DNA from: Flaccisagitta enflata
Taxonomy: Eukaryota
NCBI GenBank assembly: GCA_965153355.1
Contig: OZ231126.1
Location: 10,478,001 to 10,542,000, forward strand
Direction of reading: 5' to 3'
Length of the DNA: 64,000 bases
Shown here: one piece after another, positions 12,702 to 26,032 of the stretch
Position numbering within the stretch: position 1 is the stretch's first letter
Layout: each line of letters starts with the position of its first letter
Position numbers and translations under genes: made by a program
Notes under the pieces: generated by a model
Seen by the model: only the letters and a program-made list of their open reading frames with translations
Told to the model about the DNA's origin: nothing
Databases searched by the model: none

Positions 12702-14302
12702 CAGTGTCCCCAAATGATTTTTGGAGCTACTATCCAAGTTGATGGCTGTTACTATCCAGATAGTAGCTAAATTTTTAGTCGCGTGCTACGCGACTCTACA
12801 CCCCTGTCGGTCCGTCGGTCCGTCCGTCCGTCACACTTTACTTTTTTGGCGTTAATGGGGTTTTTGGCCTTACTGCTCCTGCCAAAATGCTCCGTTGACC
12901 TCAATTATGGCCCCTGCCCACCTGCACGCGACTGGGGTAGCCGTGTATCCGGCCTTGTTTCCTTTACTATCTAGTTTACTATCTAAACATAAAGATTAAA
13001 CTACAAGTTACCGCCAATATAGCTGCAACCGCTTTTAATGCTTTGTTTTGCTCAGTCCTTTGAAATGCACTTAAATATAGCTTAATTGAATGTTTGTTAA
13101 TTATTTCTATGTCTGTATGACAAATTAACAGCTTGGGAGCTTTTGACCTGATGTGCTCTGATCCTCCACATTTGTTGGCTAAATGCACCACTTTATAACC
13201 AAAAAAACTCCCTATAACAAAAGTAACTCCTTATAGAAATTCATACTTATCAAGTCATTCAAAACATGGATCTTGGCTCATACAATTTTTTATAGTGAGA
13301 TATAGGGGAGAGAAACAAAGAGGAGGATAATTAAATCTTTCCTGTGTATTTTCCATATGGTATGCAATGGGTCCAGGTTTTGTATTATATCATCAGCTGA
13401 AAATTGTACAGAGGCCGATTTCCCCCTGAGCAGCCAGGATATAATTTTTCAGCTAAAAATGGTTCTTGCTTGTATTCATCTCTATTTATGATTAATTCGA
13501 CCCAAAGCAAGAGTTCGATATTGTGAGATATACAGCTAGTGATTTATATGGGTCTAGCACATGGTACACCCTATAATCTGAGGTGAGATTAAAGCTCAGG
13601 GGTTGCTCGGGGTTTAACCTTGAGTTAACCTCATGCAACCCGAGGTGGGGGTTTGCTCAGGGTTGCTCTGGGTTTGCTTGGAGTTGCTTAAAGTTGCTCA
13701 GGGTTGCATTGTTAGAAATAATGACTACACTATGTAACAGTAGTGCTTCACTGCATGACAAACAATAACATCAACCCCAAGCAACCCCTAGCAACCCTGA
13801 ACAACCCGGAGCAAAACCTGAGCAATTCCAAGCAACCTTGGGGTTCAATCTCACTGTTTTACGTTACAGATTTCCTGGTGTGGTAACCTTGTCCAAATTT
13901 CATATCACCATTGTCATAATATTTATTTAAATAGACTTACGACAAAATGGAATTCTAATTATTTTCAAATTAAACATTCACTTTATTCTGTTATACATAC
14001 TGTAAGTTGATCAGAAATATGTTATACATAACTTTTACCAAAATTTAAGTTGAATAAATTCATGATAAGTGAAATTTTGAAATCTATCAATTTTATAAAA
14101 TTCTTATTGGTTTGACAATAATCTTTAAATCTTACTAAAAAAACTCGAAAATTTAAAAAAAACTGCTAGTATCCAGCACTATCTAAAAAAATTTCATTTA
14201 GTATCTAAATTAGTAGCTGGTATCCAGATTATTTTTTTACTATCTAAACTACCTCCGTTACTATCCAGATCTAGCTACTAACTATCCAACTTGGGGCCAC
14301 TG
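12702..14302. mobile_element. Non-autonomous hAT-like element with 8-bp TSD and nested repeats
   Basis: TIR CAGTGtCCCCAA / TTGGGGcCACTG. TSD CTTCAAAC at 12694-12701 and 14303-14310. Subterminal CTACTATCCA motifs. Nested HINE (~12772-12960) and palindromic repeat (~13568-13881). Confidence 0.88.
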
Positions 14303-14309
14303 CTTCAAA

Positions 14310-14545
14310 CTCAACCACCGTGACAGGTTCAGCCAATCAGAGCGGCCAAGTGATTTGTTCCAACCAATAGACGTGCTAGAAGGCTAGGCATAAATTATTC
14401 GAGAGCGGTAACCGTTGAGTGTTATATCACATTAAGTTATTATCTGACGTAGCCCTTATTACGGGCCTTAGTCCAGTGGCAGGTGATAGTGATAGAGCTG
14501 AGCAGTGCGGTAGGGAGGCCGGCCGCGGCGTGAACCATCAGAAGT
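14310..14545. promoter_or_regulatory. Candidate promoter (two CCAAT boxes, CRE-like TGACGT, GC-rich)
   Basis: AGCCAATCAG at ~14331, ACCAATAG at ~14363, TGACGT at ~14445. Non-repetitive island upstream of CIP2A. Confidence 0.4.
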
Positions 14546-14885
14546 TTGCCAGCTAGCTACAGCCTCTCCCCCCCCCCGTCTCTTTCTTTAATTCTTTCTT
14601 CCTTAGACCTTACTTTACTTTCTTTTCTTTTCTTCCGCTCTTTTGTTCTCCCAATCTTCATTTTAGATGCGTCCTCGCATCTCCGTCTCTTTATGTTTAT
14701 GACTATTAATTGTGTCCGCGGTTTGTCGGTCTGTCTTTCACTCACATTTTTAAATCGCAAAATCGAGGCTCTTTCATCAAAAAAGTAGTCCGACTTATTC
14801 ATTCATTCATTCATTCAATCATTCATTCATCCATTTATAAACAAAATTCATTCATAGAAATATTTATTCATAAAGAACGCATCTA

Positions 14886-15394
14886 CAGTCAGTCCCAATT
14901 CCGCATTCATCCATATGATCGTATGTCAACATGTTTCGGTAAACCAAAACTTTTTCCATCTGGGCATATTTCGATATATCGAAATATGACTTACAAAAGT
15001 TTGATTTTCTCAGTTGTGTCTTTTGTAAAATCCGAATGAATTCCATAGCCGTTTGTCTTGTTTTCAGTCTTCGATGATTTTTTACTGACTTTGCCTCTTA
15101 AATTTTAGGAGGAATTGACTTGTGAATGCTGCTCCAGTGCTCCACTCAATCATATCATTAGATCTTTTTTATCCTTCATTATTTCTAATCTCACTGATTA
15201 TTTAAGTATTGGGTAGTAAAAAGGATAAGAGCTTGACAATCGCTTTGCTACTTTCTTTTGAGTGGCCAAACGAAAAGGGAAAGAAGAGAGTCGTATTTCG
15301 ATATATCGAAATATGCCCAAATAAACTAAGTTGCTTTATCTCGTAATATGATGAGATATGGTCATATGGATGAATGCGGAATTGGGACTGACTG
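14886..15394. mobile_element. MITE with long TIRs (CAGTCAGTCCCAATTCCGCATTCATCCATATGA), flanked by TCTA
   Basis: Perfect ~33-bp inverted ends. TCTA at 14882-14885 and 15395-15398. Confidence 0.85.
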
Positions 15395-16348
15395 TCTATG
15401 GCCTACCCTTTTTTTATAAGAACGTTTTTTGGCCGAAGACTTCAAAAGAGACAGAGAAAGCTACTAATAAGATAACACCAAGGTTCTTAATTTTGAAGCA
15501 ATTTTGAGCCTTGATGTCGTATGAACTGGGTTCTTTTTAAGAAAAAACAAGGCCAAGTAGGCCAACGATGCGTCCTCTTTGAATAGATGTTTTTTAATTT
15601 AATGAATGCATGTTTTTATGAATGAATGTTTTGTTATGAATGAATGTCATTTGTGAATGGATAAATGATTTATTAAATGAATTACTGGGTAAGAACCACT
15701 TTTCTGATAAGGAAATGCTTGATTTTCATGTTTTTAATGAATGCGTTACCGACCGACCGACCAACAAACTGACCAACCGACGGACACAGCCTATTATAGA
15801 GATGTGAGGACGCATCTAAAAAGTGTACTTGGACTTGTGACACGGAGCAAGATCAGCCATGCAGGTCCCAGTCATATAGGTAAAAAAAAATCATAGAATT
15901 TAAACCAATCAACCTTTGGTTATCATTAAACATTGCGTATTGAGTACAAAGCAAAAAAGATCAATGCAAAATATTGATTTTTTAGCTGATTATTGCTAAA
16001 AAAAACTAATTGAATATTGAAATATGAACTATTGGGAGAAATTCATGAATTTCATTTGTAATGTGTCAAAATTCCATTAGATTTTGATACCATATTGTTG
16101 TCATATGTCATTAAAGTATCTATTTTCTATAAATTCATTTACTCATTATTCATAGAAGCATTCAAACATGCAAATTTACAGGTTTTTTTTTCATCCATAC
16201 AAAGTCAAGCTTTGATATTCATTTTATTTGTTCCAGAGCAATGAAATATCATTTGTGTCATTAATTTATATCAAATTCATTTATTTATTTGTACATTTAT
16301 TCATTCACTTGTTCATTTATTTATTCATTTATTTTTCAATTTGTCACC

Positions 16349-16784
16349 TACACTTTTTTTTTTATATAAGAGACAACTTTTTTTAAGTCAGCCTGGGTGT
16401 TCTTAAATTTTTGTCTGTTTTCAGCCTGAAATTCTCTTAAAGTGTTCTTAATTTGTTCGATGTTCATAAATGTCTAAATTGTATAAAAATACCCTATTTA
16501 GAGCAGTTGTATCTTAAATTTGATAATTGTTATATCTTTTTTAATATAATACCTGATTTCATAGGCAAACTAAGAAAATAAGTTATTTTTAAAGATAACC
16601 TATATTTCTGAAAAATTTGAATTATATTCATTTTTTAGATAAGAAACTTGAATAAAATTGTTTTCGAAAATGGCCGAAGCTGAATCTCAGCCTGAGCATT
16701 CTCTTAGTTTGTTCTTAAAATTTCGGCAAATCTCAGGCTCATGTCTCTTATAAACTGGTCTCTTATAAAAAAAAAAAAGAGTAT
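16349..16784. mobile_element. MITE with TACAC(T)nATAAGAGAC-type TIRs; related copy at ~15403-15827
   Basis: Inverted ends tacac(t)n-atataagagac / gtctcttat(a)n-gagta. Confidence 0.55.
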
Positions 16785-18238
16785 GAATTCATTTTTCAAT
16801 CGTATCTTTTGTCATGTCATAATTTTCTTTTTCTGGCCATAAAAACTGTATCAGATATCATTTGATTACATGTTCCTTTGTATTTGTCATCATATAATTC
16901 GTTCTTTCAATCATTTATTCATTCATTCATTCATTCATTCATTCATTCATACATTCATTCGTTCAGTCATTCGTTCATTCATGCATATTTACAGTCATGC
17001 ATTGATTTGTTCAACAGTTTTATAAAATTCATTCATCCAATTTCTTTCACTCATCTTATTGAGAGTATATACCTCCTTGTCCAAAATGTCCACAATTCAT
17101 CAATCGTTAAGTATGATAGTTTAGTCATTAACCCAAAAACCTCAGGTTTCAAGAGCATAAGAAACAAGGCCAGATAAACGGCAATACAGTACCGGACGGT
17201 TGGGCAGAGGCAGTAATGCAAAACCGCTCTTAATTCAGAAATGTGACGGACAGACCGACCTATGACCTACAGCAAGTTGTAGGGTCACGTGTCCGCAACT
17301 AAAAAAGATCGGATACATGGCTACCAAAGTCGTTTGGGGGTGGGCAGGGGCAGTGATAAAAAAACATCCCGGATACATGACGAGACAGTCGCGGACGGTT
17401 AGGCAGGGGCAATATTGCAAAAAACGCTCGAAATTCAAAAGTATTTGTAATGGAGTTACCGACCGACATGGCAAGGTGTTCAGTTGCATGTCCGCGACAA
17501 AAAACTGACCAAACATTCGAACTGGAGCGGTAATACGAAAAAAGCTGAAAATGCCGAAAAAGCAGTGTTACCAACCGACAGACTGATCAACCAACATAGA
17601 GGGTTATAGAGTACCTAGCACTCAACTTAAATCACTCAGCAGGCGTAAAATGCGCTAAGAAAATGATATCAGCTAAAATTTGTTGTTTGTTGGAATTTTC
17701 AAATAAATTTAAAACAAGGCCAGATCACGGATCACCAGATCCAGATCACCAGATCGAGTAGTGTGCGGATGGGCAGGGGCAATAAAAGAGAAGACACTTT
17801 TGGAATTTGGTATGGCGCAGTGAGCTAAAGGAGCTCAAAACGCCGAAAAAGTTTAAACGTAAAAGGGAACCCACCAACCGACATACCGATATACCGGGGC
17901 GTGATGCGGTTGTAAGCACGACGCACAGAATAAAGGAAGAAAAAGAAAGAAACAAGCCCGACCGGGCAAAGATGCGTCCGGACTGTGTCTCTGCATGTAT
18001 TGATCATGTGACATATACGGAGAGACAGATGGACGAACAGACGGGTGAAAAGACTGAGTAATAGAGGAGGCTCTCAAAATATGTTGGTTGATCATTTGTT
18101 TCAGTGTAGGATCTCACCGTGGCCAAAAACAGCCGAGAAACGCGGTTTTTGCACAGGCGTAACGGACCGACGGACGGACGGACCGACCGACGGACGGACG
18201 GACAAACCCTCTTATAGAGATGCGAGGACGCATCTAAA

Positions 18239-18345
<107 letters not shown>

Positions 18346-18439
18346 AGAAAAAAAGAAAAGTTGAAAGAAAAAAAAGAAACAAGTGATCCAAGGATTGCAT
18401 ATGGTCAGCGGTACCCGATGCCCTGCTTGGAGTGATCAA

Positions 18440-19061
18440 CACAGTCGCCCAGAGCTTGACGCCAGTTGACCTGAAATGATCGCCACCAACTTCAGTGGTT
18501 TCATGACCCTGATAGTGCATAGATTACATTTCTAGAAAAAATGAAATCTGTTGTGGGGCGCTTTTTAAGATATCTAAAAAAATAGTATCATTTTACTATA
18601 TTTTTTACCATAACTCTTTGTGATAGATTTTTTTGATAATTTTGACTGCATATTTGATCTCAGATGATATTTTCCGGTTCGTTTGATATGTCACACTATA
18701 TACTCTTGCAAAAGAAATAAAAACTTATTTTTTTGTCACATTGCTAAATAAAACAATGTTAAATAGCAAAATTTAACTTTTTATTTCTTTTGCAAAAGTA
18801 TTTAGTGTGACATATCAAACAAACCGGAAACTATCATCCGAGATCAAATCTGCAGTCAGAATTATCCAAAAAATTCATCACAAAGATTTATAGTAAAAAA
18901 TATAGTAATATAGCACTATTTCTTTAGATATCTTAAAAAGCGCCCCAAAACAGATTTCATTTTTTCTTGAAATGTAATCTATGGACCATCAGGGTCATGA
19001 AACCACTGAAGTTGGTGGCGGTCATTTCAGGTCAACTGGTGTCAAGCTCTGGGCGACTGTG
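18440..19061. mobile_element. Fold-back MITE, CAC...GTG termini, 4-bp TSD TCAA (Chapaev/CMC-like)
   Basis: CACAGTCGCCCAGAGCTTGAC.. / ..GTCAAGCTCTGGGCGACTGTG. Palindromic over its whole length. TCAA on both sides. Inserted in another short repeat. Confidence 0.9.
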
Positions 19062-20212
19062 TCAAGTGTTCGCCCAGGACATCGGTACTTTGGGGCCGCT
19101 GCCCAAAAAGGACATAGCTCAAGAAGAATAGAGAGTACGAAAGTCGCGCGCTTCATTCCACTGCACCTCGCTTTGTCCATCGGTCAGTTGGTCGATCGGT
19201 TGGTTGTTTTTTATTTATGTTTTTGCAATCTACGGCCTCGCTGCTCCCGCCTAAATGCTCTAGTGACCTCATAAACAGCCCTGCCCATCGGCACAAAACT
19301 TGGTTAGCCGTGTTTCGGGCCTTGTTTATCTGTGGGTACAGACAAAAAGAAATTTTAAGTCCTTTCATGCTTCCCATGCCTCCTCGCATTCATTCATTCA
19401 TTCATTCAGTCATTCATTCATTCATTCATTCATTCATTCATCCATTCATTCATTCATCAATTCATTGATTCAGTCATTCATTCATTTTTACATTCATTTA
19501 GTCATTCATTTATTCATACATCCAAATCTGTGTTGTACTCTCTTTTCCTTAGGGGTGGGAAATTCAATAAATTTTGTACATTTCTGCCTCTGCTAGATCA
19601 TGCAACTGGCCCTGCCCAATGTTCTTCTTTTGAAATGAGCCTGTATCCATCCCTGACAATGTCCCTAGTTACTCACATACGACTATGGTTGATCCCATTA
19701 TGTCCATTTTTGTGTGGCGATCTTGACTGATTAAAACAGAAATCCGCAGAAACAAGGCCGGATATACGGCCATCAGTTGCAGACGGGTGGGCAGGGGCGG
19801 AAATGCGCGTTTTCCCACTTTTCGACTCAATGGTTACGGACAGACAGACCGACAGACGGACGGACGGACTGACGGATGGACGGACGGACGGATAAAGCCT
19901 CTTATAGAGTTGCGTGTCCGCAACTAAAAAAGAAGAAAAAAGATGACACAATAAATTCATTGAGAATTAAGAATTTGCATAAAAAATGAGAAAATGAAAA
20001 AAACAAAAACATACCGGGCTAGCCATTTATCATAACAAGGCCGGTATATTTTTAGAAAAGCTAGTTTTTTCTTTATTTTTGCTATTCTTGATTCTCAAAA
20101 AAGAAAATGATATTGTCTAAAGCCTAATAAAGAGTGAGTACCTCACTCTGAAAATCCATTTATCAAATAAAAACAGCTCCCCACTGGTCAAATCTGAGCA
20201 ACAATGCTCTAT

Positions 20213-20729
20213 TTGGGTGCTTCACATAGCAAAAGTTGTTTATTTCTTTTCGCCCTCATTACCTAATATGGACTGGCCAATTTTAGAACCCTTACCATTT
20301 TTCTTTTATCAAAAATTGTTCATCTTCCGTTTTAAAGAAAATTGTTTTTGAGGGCCTAATTTACATAATATGCAGTGGGATAAAGCAATATGCTGATATT
20401 GTTTGAATTAGCTTTTACAAATTTCTATTTTTCAAAGAATTGCATTTCTGCCTTTTTATAAGCTTTTTTTATAGCTTATGTTCTGATATTTTAGTTTATT
20501 TTTACAAGCATTATGTTTTTCTAAAATAAATAATTGTCCTTTTTGTAACAATACTACACAGGATTTTGCTGAATTCTGGGAAATCTGTGAAACTTTAAGG
20601 CCAAAACAAAAACGGAAGATAAAGGAATTTTGAAAAAAGAAAAATGGTCATCTTCATGATTTTTGCTCCTCCACACTACCTAAGTAGGGTGAAGGGATAC
20701 TCCCAACTTTTGCTATGCGAAGCACTTAG
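20213..20729. mobile_element. Second copy (inverted) of the 9-bp-TSD MITE family
   Basis: Same TIR as 7138-7556. TSD ATGCTCTAT at 20204-20212 and 20730-20738. Confidence 0.88.
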
Positions 20730-22813
20730 ATGCTCTATGACACATATTTATACTAATCCTACTTAAAAATCCTCATTTGTTGCTTGTTTGATAGCAATTC
20801 TAAACAATATTACAATTATTGTATTAGTTATCAATTTCTGAAGGCCACTAGGACATTTTCACTCCAGAATTTTCTTATGAGCATACTATTACCCCAAAAG
20901 CTTCCAGATTTTTTTCGTTGTGAAAATAAGCCAAAGATTAGCTTTAAGTCCCATCGTTTTCATACCGGAAGCGTTGGTTTTGTCAAATTGTTTCAGCAGC
21001 TTCATTGAAAAAACAGGCCAGGGAACTCATTTTCCTTCGTTTAAGGACATTTTCTCAGTGATTTTCACCCTTAAAACGTCATCACTCGCATCTGTTACCT
21101 ATTTTTGACTGTCGACGTATGATATAGCATTCAAATGATATGTGACCACACTCATGATTTGATCATATGCGTGAAAAAAATCACAACAGCCCATAGACAG
21201 TAGACGTCGGGAAATTATCAAAAAGTAGTAAACAACCCTCAACCACCGGCTTAAAAGATGACCAGATGTGTTGTTATGATATAACAATCAAAAAAAGTCC
21301 ATAACTTTTTATATCCTGTCAACGGAAAAAATAATGCGTCAAGGACTAAAAGCCAGAATAGATTGACCAAGTAATTTTCAAGATTCTTAATAAAATCTAC
21401 TTTTATACATGGATTAGAAGAGAAAATCTGAGCTGAATACCCTATGCCATCTAGTTTTCGATGAAGAATCCAAATTTTACGTCAAAAAACTTTTTGACGA
21501 CAGTAAATAGCAAAAAACTGACATCAAAATGGCGCGCGTCACTTCTGGTTAGCGGAAAAATATTTTTTGAGACTAAGCAAGTAGGAGCGCATGCTTAAAA
21601 GTGGATCAGAATGTATTTTCAGTCGTGTGCTACGCGACTCTACACCCCGCTTTGTCCGTCTGTCCGTCTATCCGTCAGTTGGTCAGTCAGTTGGTCCTCT
21701 ATTTTTTCCGAATTTTTGAACTTTTTTAGTTTTCTGCTCCTGCCTAAATACCTCAGTGACCTTTTTTTATCAGTGCCCCTGCCCACTTGCACGCGACTGG
21801 GCAGCCGTGTATCCAGCCTTACTCAGTAAAACACATTTGGTTTGGCTAAAAACGCTTTAAATCATGTTTTTTTTTTTTTTGTCATCTCGCTTCTCTTCTT
21901 GTCGCAACTGGCGTCCAAATGTTTTCTGCAGACTGCAATGCTTTAACCAGAAAGAGGCTCTGTCCATCCTCAACTAAAAAATGCTGCGAAGCTCTGTCTA
22001 TTCAAAAAGTGACGCGGGGTCACAATATCGTTGGGGACGGTGGGCAGGGGCATCCAGCCCCCATTAGGCTGGTCACGAAATAGGGTCAAATTTCAAAAAA
22101 TGATATACTCTAGTTTTTTGCATAAATGTACCAAAAAGAAGGTTTTCCCACAAGTAGAGGTCTGAATTTGAAGATTAAACCATGGCGGCAAAACTATAGG
22201 CTTCCTATGGCAATAAAAAAATCCCCATAGCAACCCTATAGTTTTGCCGACAAGGTTTCTTGTTTGATTTCACACCCCAGCTTTTGAGAAATCCTTCTTT
22301 TATTGGACATTTGTGCAAAGGGCTCAAGTATATCAATATATGAAATTTGACCCAATTCCGGACCACCCTAGCCCCCATCCACACCCCATGCCCCCCCAAC
22401 AACACGCATACCAAAAAAAATCAAAACGCTCGTTTTTTGGGCAGCGGCCCCGAAGGGACCAATGACCTATGCTCTCCTCCTTCTTTTTCTCCTCCTTCTC
22501 CGTGCCCCCCTCTGGCTTCAAAGCCTAAATTCTAGCCTAGATGCTCAAATTCTAAACCCAGGGCTCAAATCCCAGCTCCAAGCCTCCAATCTCAGCCCCA
22601 AGGCTCCAACTCCTGCCCCAATCCTAACCTCAAAACTCCAATACAAGCTTCATGGCTCAAATCCAGCCTCATAGCTCAAATCCCAGCATTGGGAGTCTTG
22701 TATCTTAGCCTCAATATTAAAATCCTTACCCAGCATAGGTCATCGGCTCCTTTGGGGCCGCTGCCCCTCTCACCTCCATATCTTACATATACTAACTTAG
22801 GGGCATCGGGTAC

Positions 22814-23493
22814 TGGGGCAGGGTATACCTAGTCGATCCATGAGGGAGGAGGCTATTGCCATTAATATGACCATTATATCCACCATGTCACCAATTCATG
22901 ACTACTTACTAACCTTGTTCCTTGTCCTTGTTCCTTATCCTTGTTCTTTATCCTTGTCCTTGATCGAACTATCCCTCAAAGGAGACCGGGTTTCCTTGCC
23001 CACAAGGAGTGTTTTTAGTGTAACTACGCCAAGTTAGCCTCTAAGGCAATTCACATCTGAGTGAAAGAAGAGGAACCTATGTAATTTACTACAATACAGT
23101 TGTTGCCTTTATTTAGAGAATACACACTGAATACTCTGACAATTGATGATGATACTTGAGGCTAAGGAGTGGGAGGTCAACAAGTGACTGTGTCCCTGAA
23201 CTTGGTGGACCCAAGCTGAGTGGCTAAGTTTTCCTTTGGATAGATCAAAACTACTAAATACTATCAAGCCACTAAGAGATGAGACCAAGAAATGGATATT
23301 TAACTAGTTTATCATCAATAAAACCATAAAACGATATAGCTATGAAAACTAGACAACAAGACGAGTAAGGGTAACTAGATAACAAACTAATAAATGTATA
23401 ACACAAAAACGTATAAGCCGATGAATGCTCATCGGCAATATGCAAATGAGATTTTTGTATCACTCCTCCATGGACCACTTACGCTCTGCCACA
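22814..23493 (-). repeat. 3' LTR (680 bp)
   Basis: Direct repeat of 40290-40970. By eye ~4 substitutions and 1 indel. Minus-strand AATAAA at ~23108-23113. Confidence 0.97.
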
Positions 23494-24122
23494 TATACGT
23501 TGGCCTTCCGGAAATAAAGACGTCCTCGTCGCAAAAACAAGAAAAAAAAAACGAAAAAGGAAGCTAGCCAGCCGTAAACACAACCACAAGGGCAGTGGCG
23601 ACCAACAGAGAGAAAAAAGAAAAGTCAAAAGAACGCACCACAAGATAACAAGAAAGGGAAAAAAAAACTAGGAAGGGAAATGCCGTAATCGCGGCCACAG
23701 GGACCGAGGCGACAAAACCAAGAAGAAAAAAGAAAAAAAAAAAAAGATGAAAGCGAGGACGAAAAAAAAACCAAACGAGCAAACACTTATACAGCTAAGG
23801 CCATAGAGAGCGTAAAGATCAACAATAGACGCAAAAGCGAACGTAGACAGGAAAAAGAATAACAGTAACATGATTAACTTGAAAAAGATAACACCAAACT
23901 CGTAAAAATCCGCAAAAGAAGAGAACAATCAGAAAATGAGAAAACGTCATCAATTTTTATGTAAAGAGAAGGAAATAAACAATAGGGACAGTTGTAGCGG
24001 ACGGGTGGGCAGCGGCAGAAATCCACGTTATTGTCTAAACCTTTCAGCACGAAAATTACGGACCAGCGAACGGACAGAGCCTCAAATAGAGTCGCGTGTC
24101 CGCGACAAAAAATCAATGACAA

Positions 24123-25429
24123 TTACTGAGACAGAGAAAAGGAATCAAGATGATCGTAAAACCTGACGAGCGTAACGTCGCTACCACGGGCGTAGATGAT
24201 TGAAAGTCCAAATGGTTCAAAACAGAAGGTCGGAATAACGAAGTCGACAAATTCGCAAAAACGGAGTCTCCTCTCACCTACAAAGACGAAGTGCGTACCC
24301 GGGTCACCGTAGTTGACGAACGCGTGGAAGAGAACATCTGAGGAAGTCGCATGGTGGAGCATGTTCGCCCTTATTCGCGGAAAACGGCGCGGAATACGAA
24401 TGTCTCCGAACCTCCGGCCAGGGTCGTCCATGATGATGCTGACGCCGTAGGAGCGAAGACTCTCATCCGCGTAACCGGCATTCTCAGACAAGGGCTTCTG
24501 AGCAATGAGGACGTGTGGATAAGCCAAACGTGGCTCAAGCAGATCCGACGGCGAAGCGACCAGGAACTTCTCGGTGATTTGGCCAGAAGGGATGTGATGG
24601 CGCTCAACCACGAAAGAACAATCGCGGTCGATGAGGAGCAGAAGACAGGCGCCGACAACGTTGTAGTCGTAAACGAAGGAGATTTGCCGACAGGCGCTCT
24701 GCGCGTAGGAGATATTCGTTGGGGTGGGATGAAAGTCGCCATGGCGGTTCAACGAATAAGCCACCAGAGCGTCAAATTCGACTATGTAAGTCGCGAGATA
24801 ATTTTCCGATTTCTTCAATGGACGTCTCATGGCCGGAAAATAACGTGGGACGACGGAGTCGACATCTGAGCGGTCGACCCAGTTGTGGATGTCGAAATGA
24901 TGGCGCCCCTCATCAACCGGAGGACGCAGGAAGAGGAAGTCGCCGTGGAGCACGATTTGGCGATATTGCTCTATCTCCGTATCGACAACGACAATTGCGG
25001 GACCGCCAAATTTGAGAAGAGAAAAAATCTCAATCTTCTTTGAGGTTGCAACTGCCATAAGAGAGGCAGTCGTATCTACCGAGATGCAGTCCACCACCGC
25101 AGGGAATGACATCGTGACTTCGGACGCCGAATCGGCTGAGAAGATTTGCGCTTTGATGGCGCAGTACTCAATATGAGCCTCACAAACCTTTTTCACTAGC
25201 ACATTCTGCTCATAAATTGATGGAACTTTTAGTGAGCGAAAGTGGGTAGGATCAATGGCATAAAGCTGCTGAGCTCTTTTAGCCAAAACTCCCTATTGGT
25301 GACAGCTTGAAGGTGGATATATTTGGAGGTAACCATAAGATTTCTGACGTCATCTACTGAAAGGTAGGAAAGAATGACCTCTGAAATGTCCTGATTTGGA
25401 AACGGGATTTTGCTGATTTCAATGCCCAT
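24123..25429 (-). CDS. Cargo ORF (~435 aa): N-terminal F-box plus beta-rich (propeller-like) C-terminus, split by a 1-nt frameshift at ~25277-25280
   Basis: PNQDISEVILSYLSVDDVRNLMVTSKYI...NREFW fits the F-box consensus. One extra A in the A4 run joins it to the 387-aa ORF (FWLKRAQQLY...). Confidence 0.7.
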
Positions 25430-26032
25430 GATTTGATTAGTACTGAACCGAATTTGTCTGATTAAAACTTAAATTTGATTTGACCTGAATAACTTGGAGA
25501 AAATAAAGGCAACAACAACTGTTTGTAAATATCGTAAACTTGAAAAGAAGATAAACCTTGGTCGGTGCCGAAGCAAATACTTGATGACGTAATAACTGGC
25601 GCGATCGCAAAAGACTTGATACAATAACAAAGGAGAAAAAAAATGATGTTTTACGTGATCGGTGTAAACGTAAGTAAGGCGTAAAGATGATGGAGGTAGA
25701 ATGGTTTTACTTTGGATGGTAAAAACGTCGGCCCTGGGTATCGAAACCACAGGGACCATCCAAAGTAAGGTCGTTATGTAAAAGTCGTAATCTTAATATT
25801 TTAAACTATATAGACTTACCAGAAAATGAGGAAAAAAAAAATGTCAAACCCATTAAACTCAAGAAGAGAGGGAGAGACGAGTAAAAAAAAGAGGATGAAG
25901 GTAAAAGAAAGAAAATGATAATGACCTAAATGTCTAAGCCCCATCATTCCAAGGCGGAGAGGCAGAGACGAGAAAAAAAAGAGATGTTAATGTTAGCGTA
26001 ATTATCACAAATGACACAAAAAAAAACATGAT

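Noticed and set aside
20780-21600. Possible promoter or exon (AAAATGGCG, CCGGAAG motifs)
   Set aside because: No supportable ORF or splice structure; likely an unclassified repeat.
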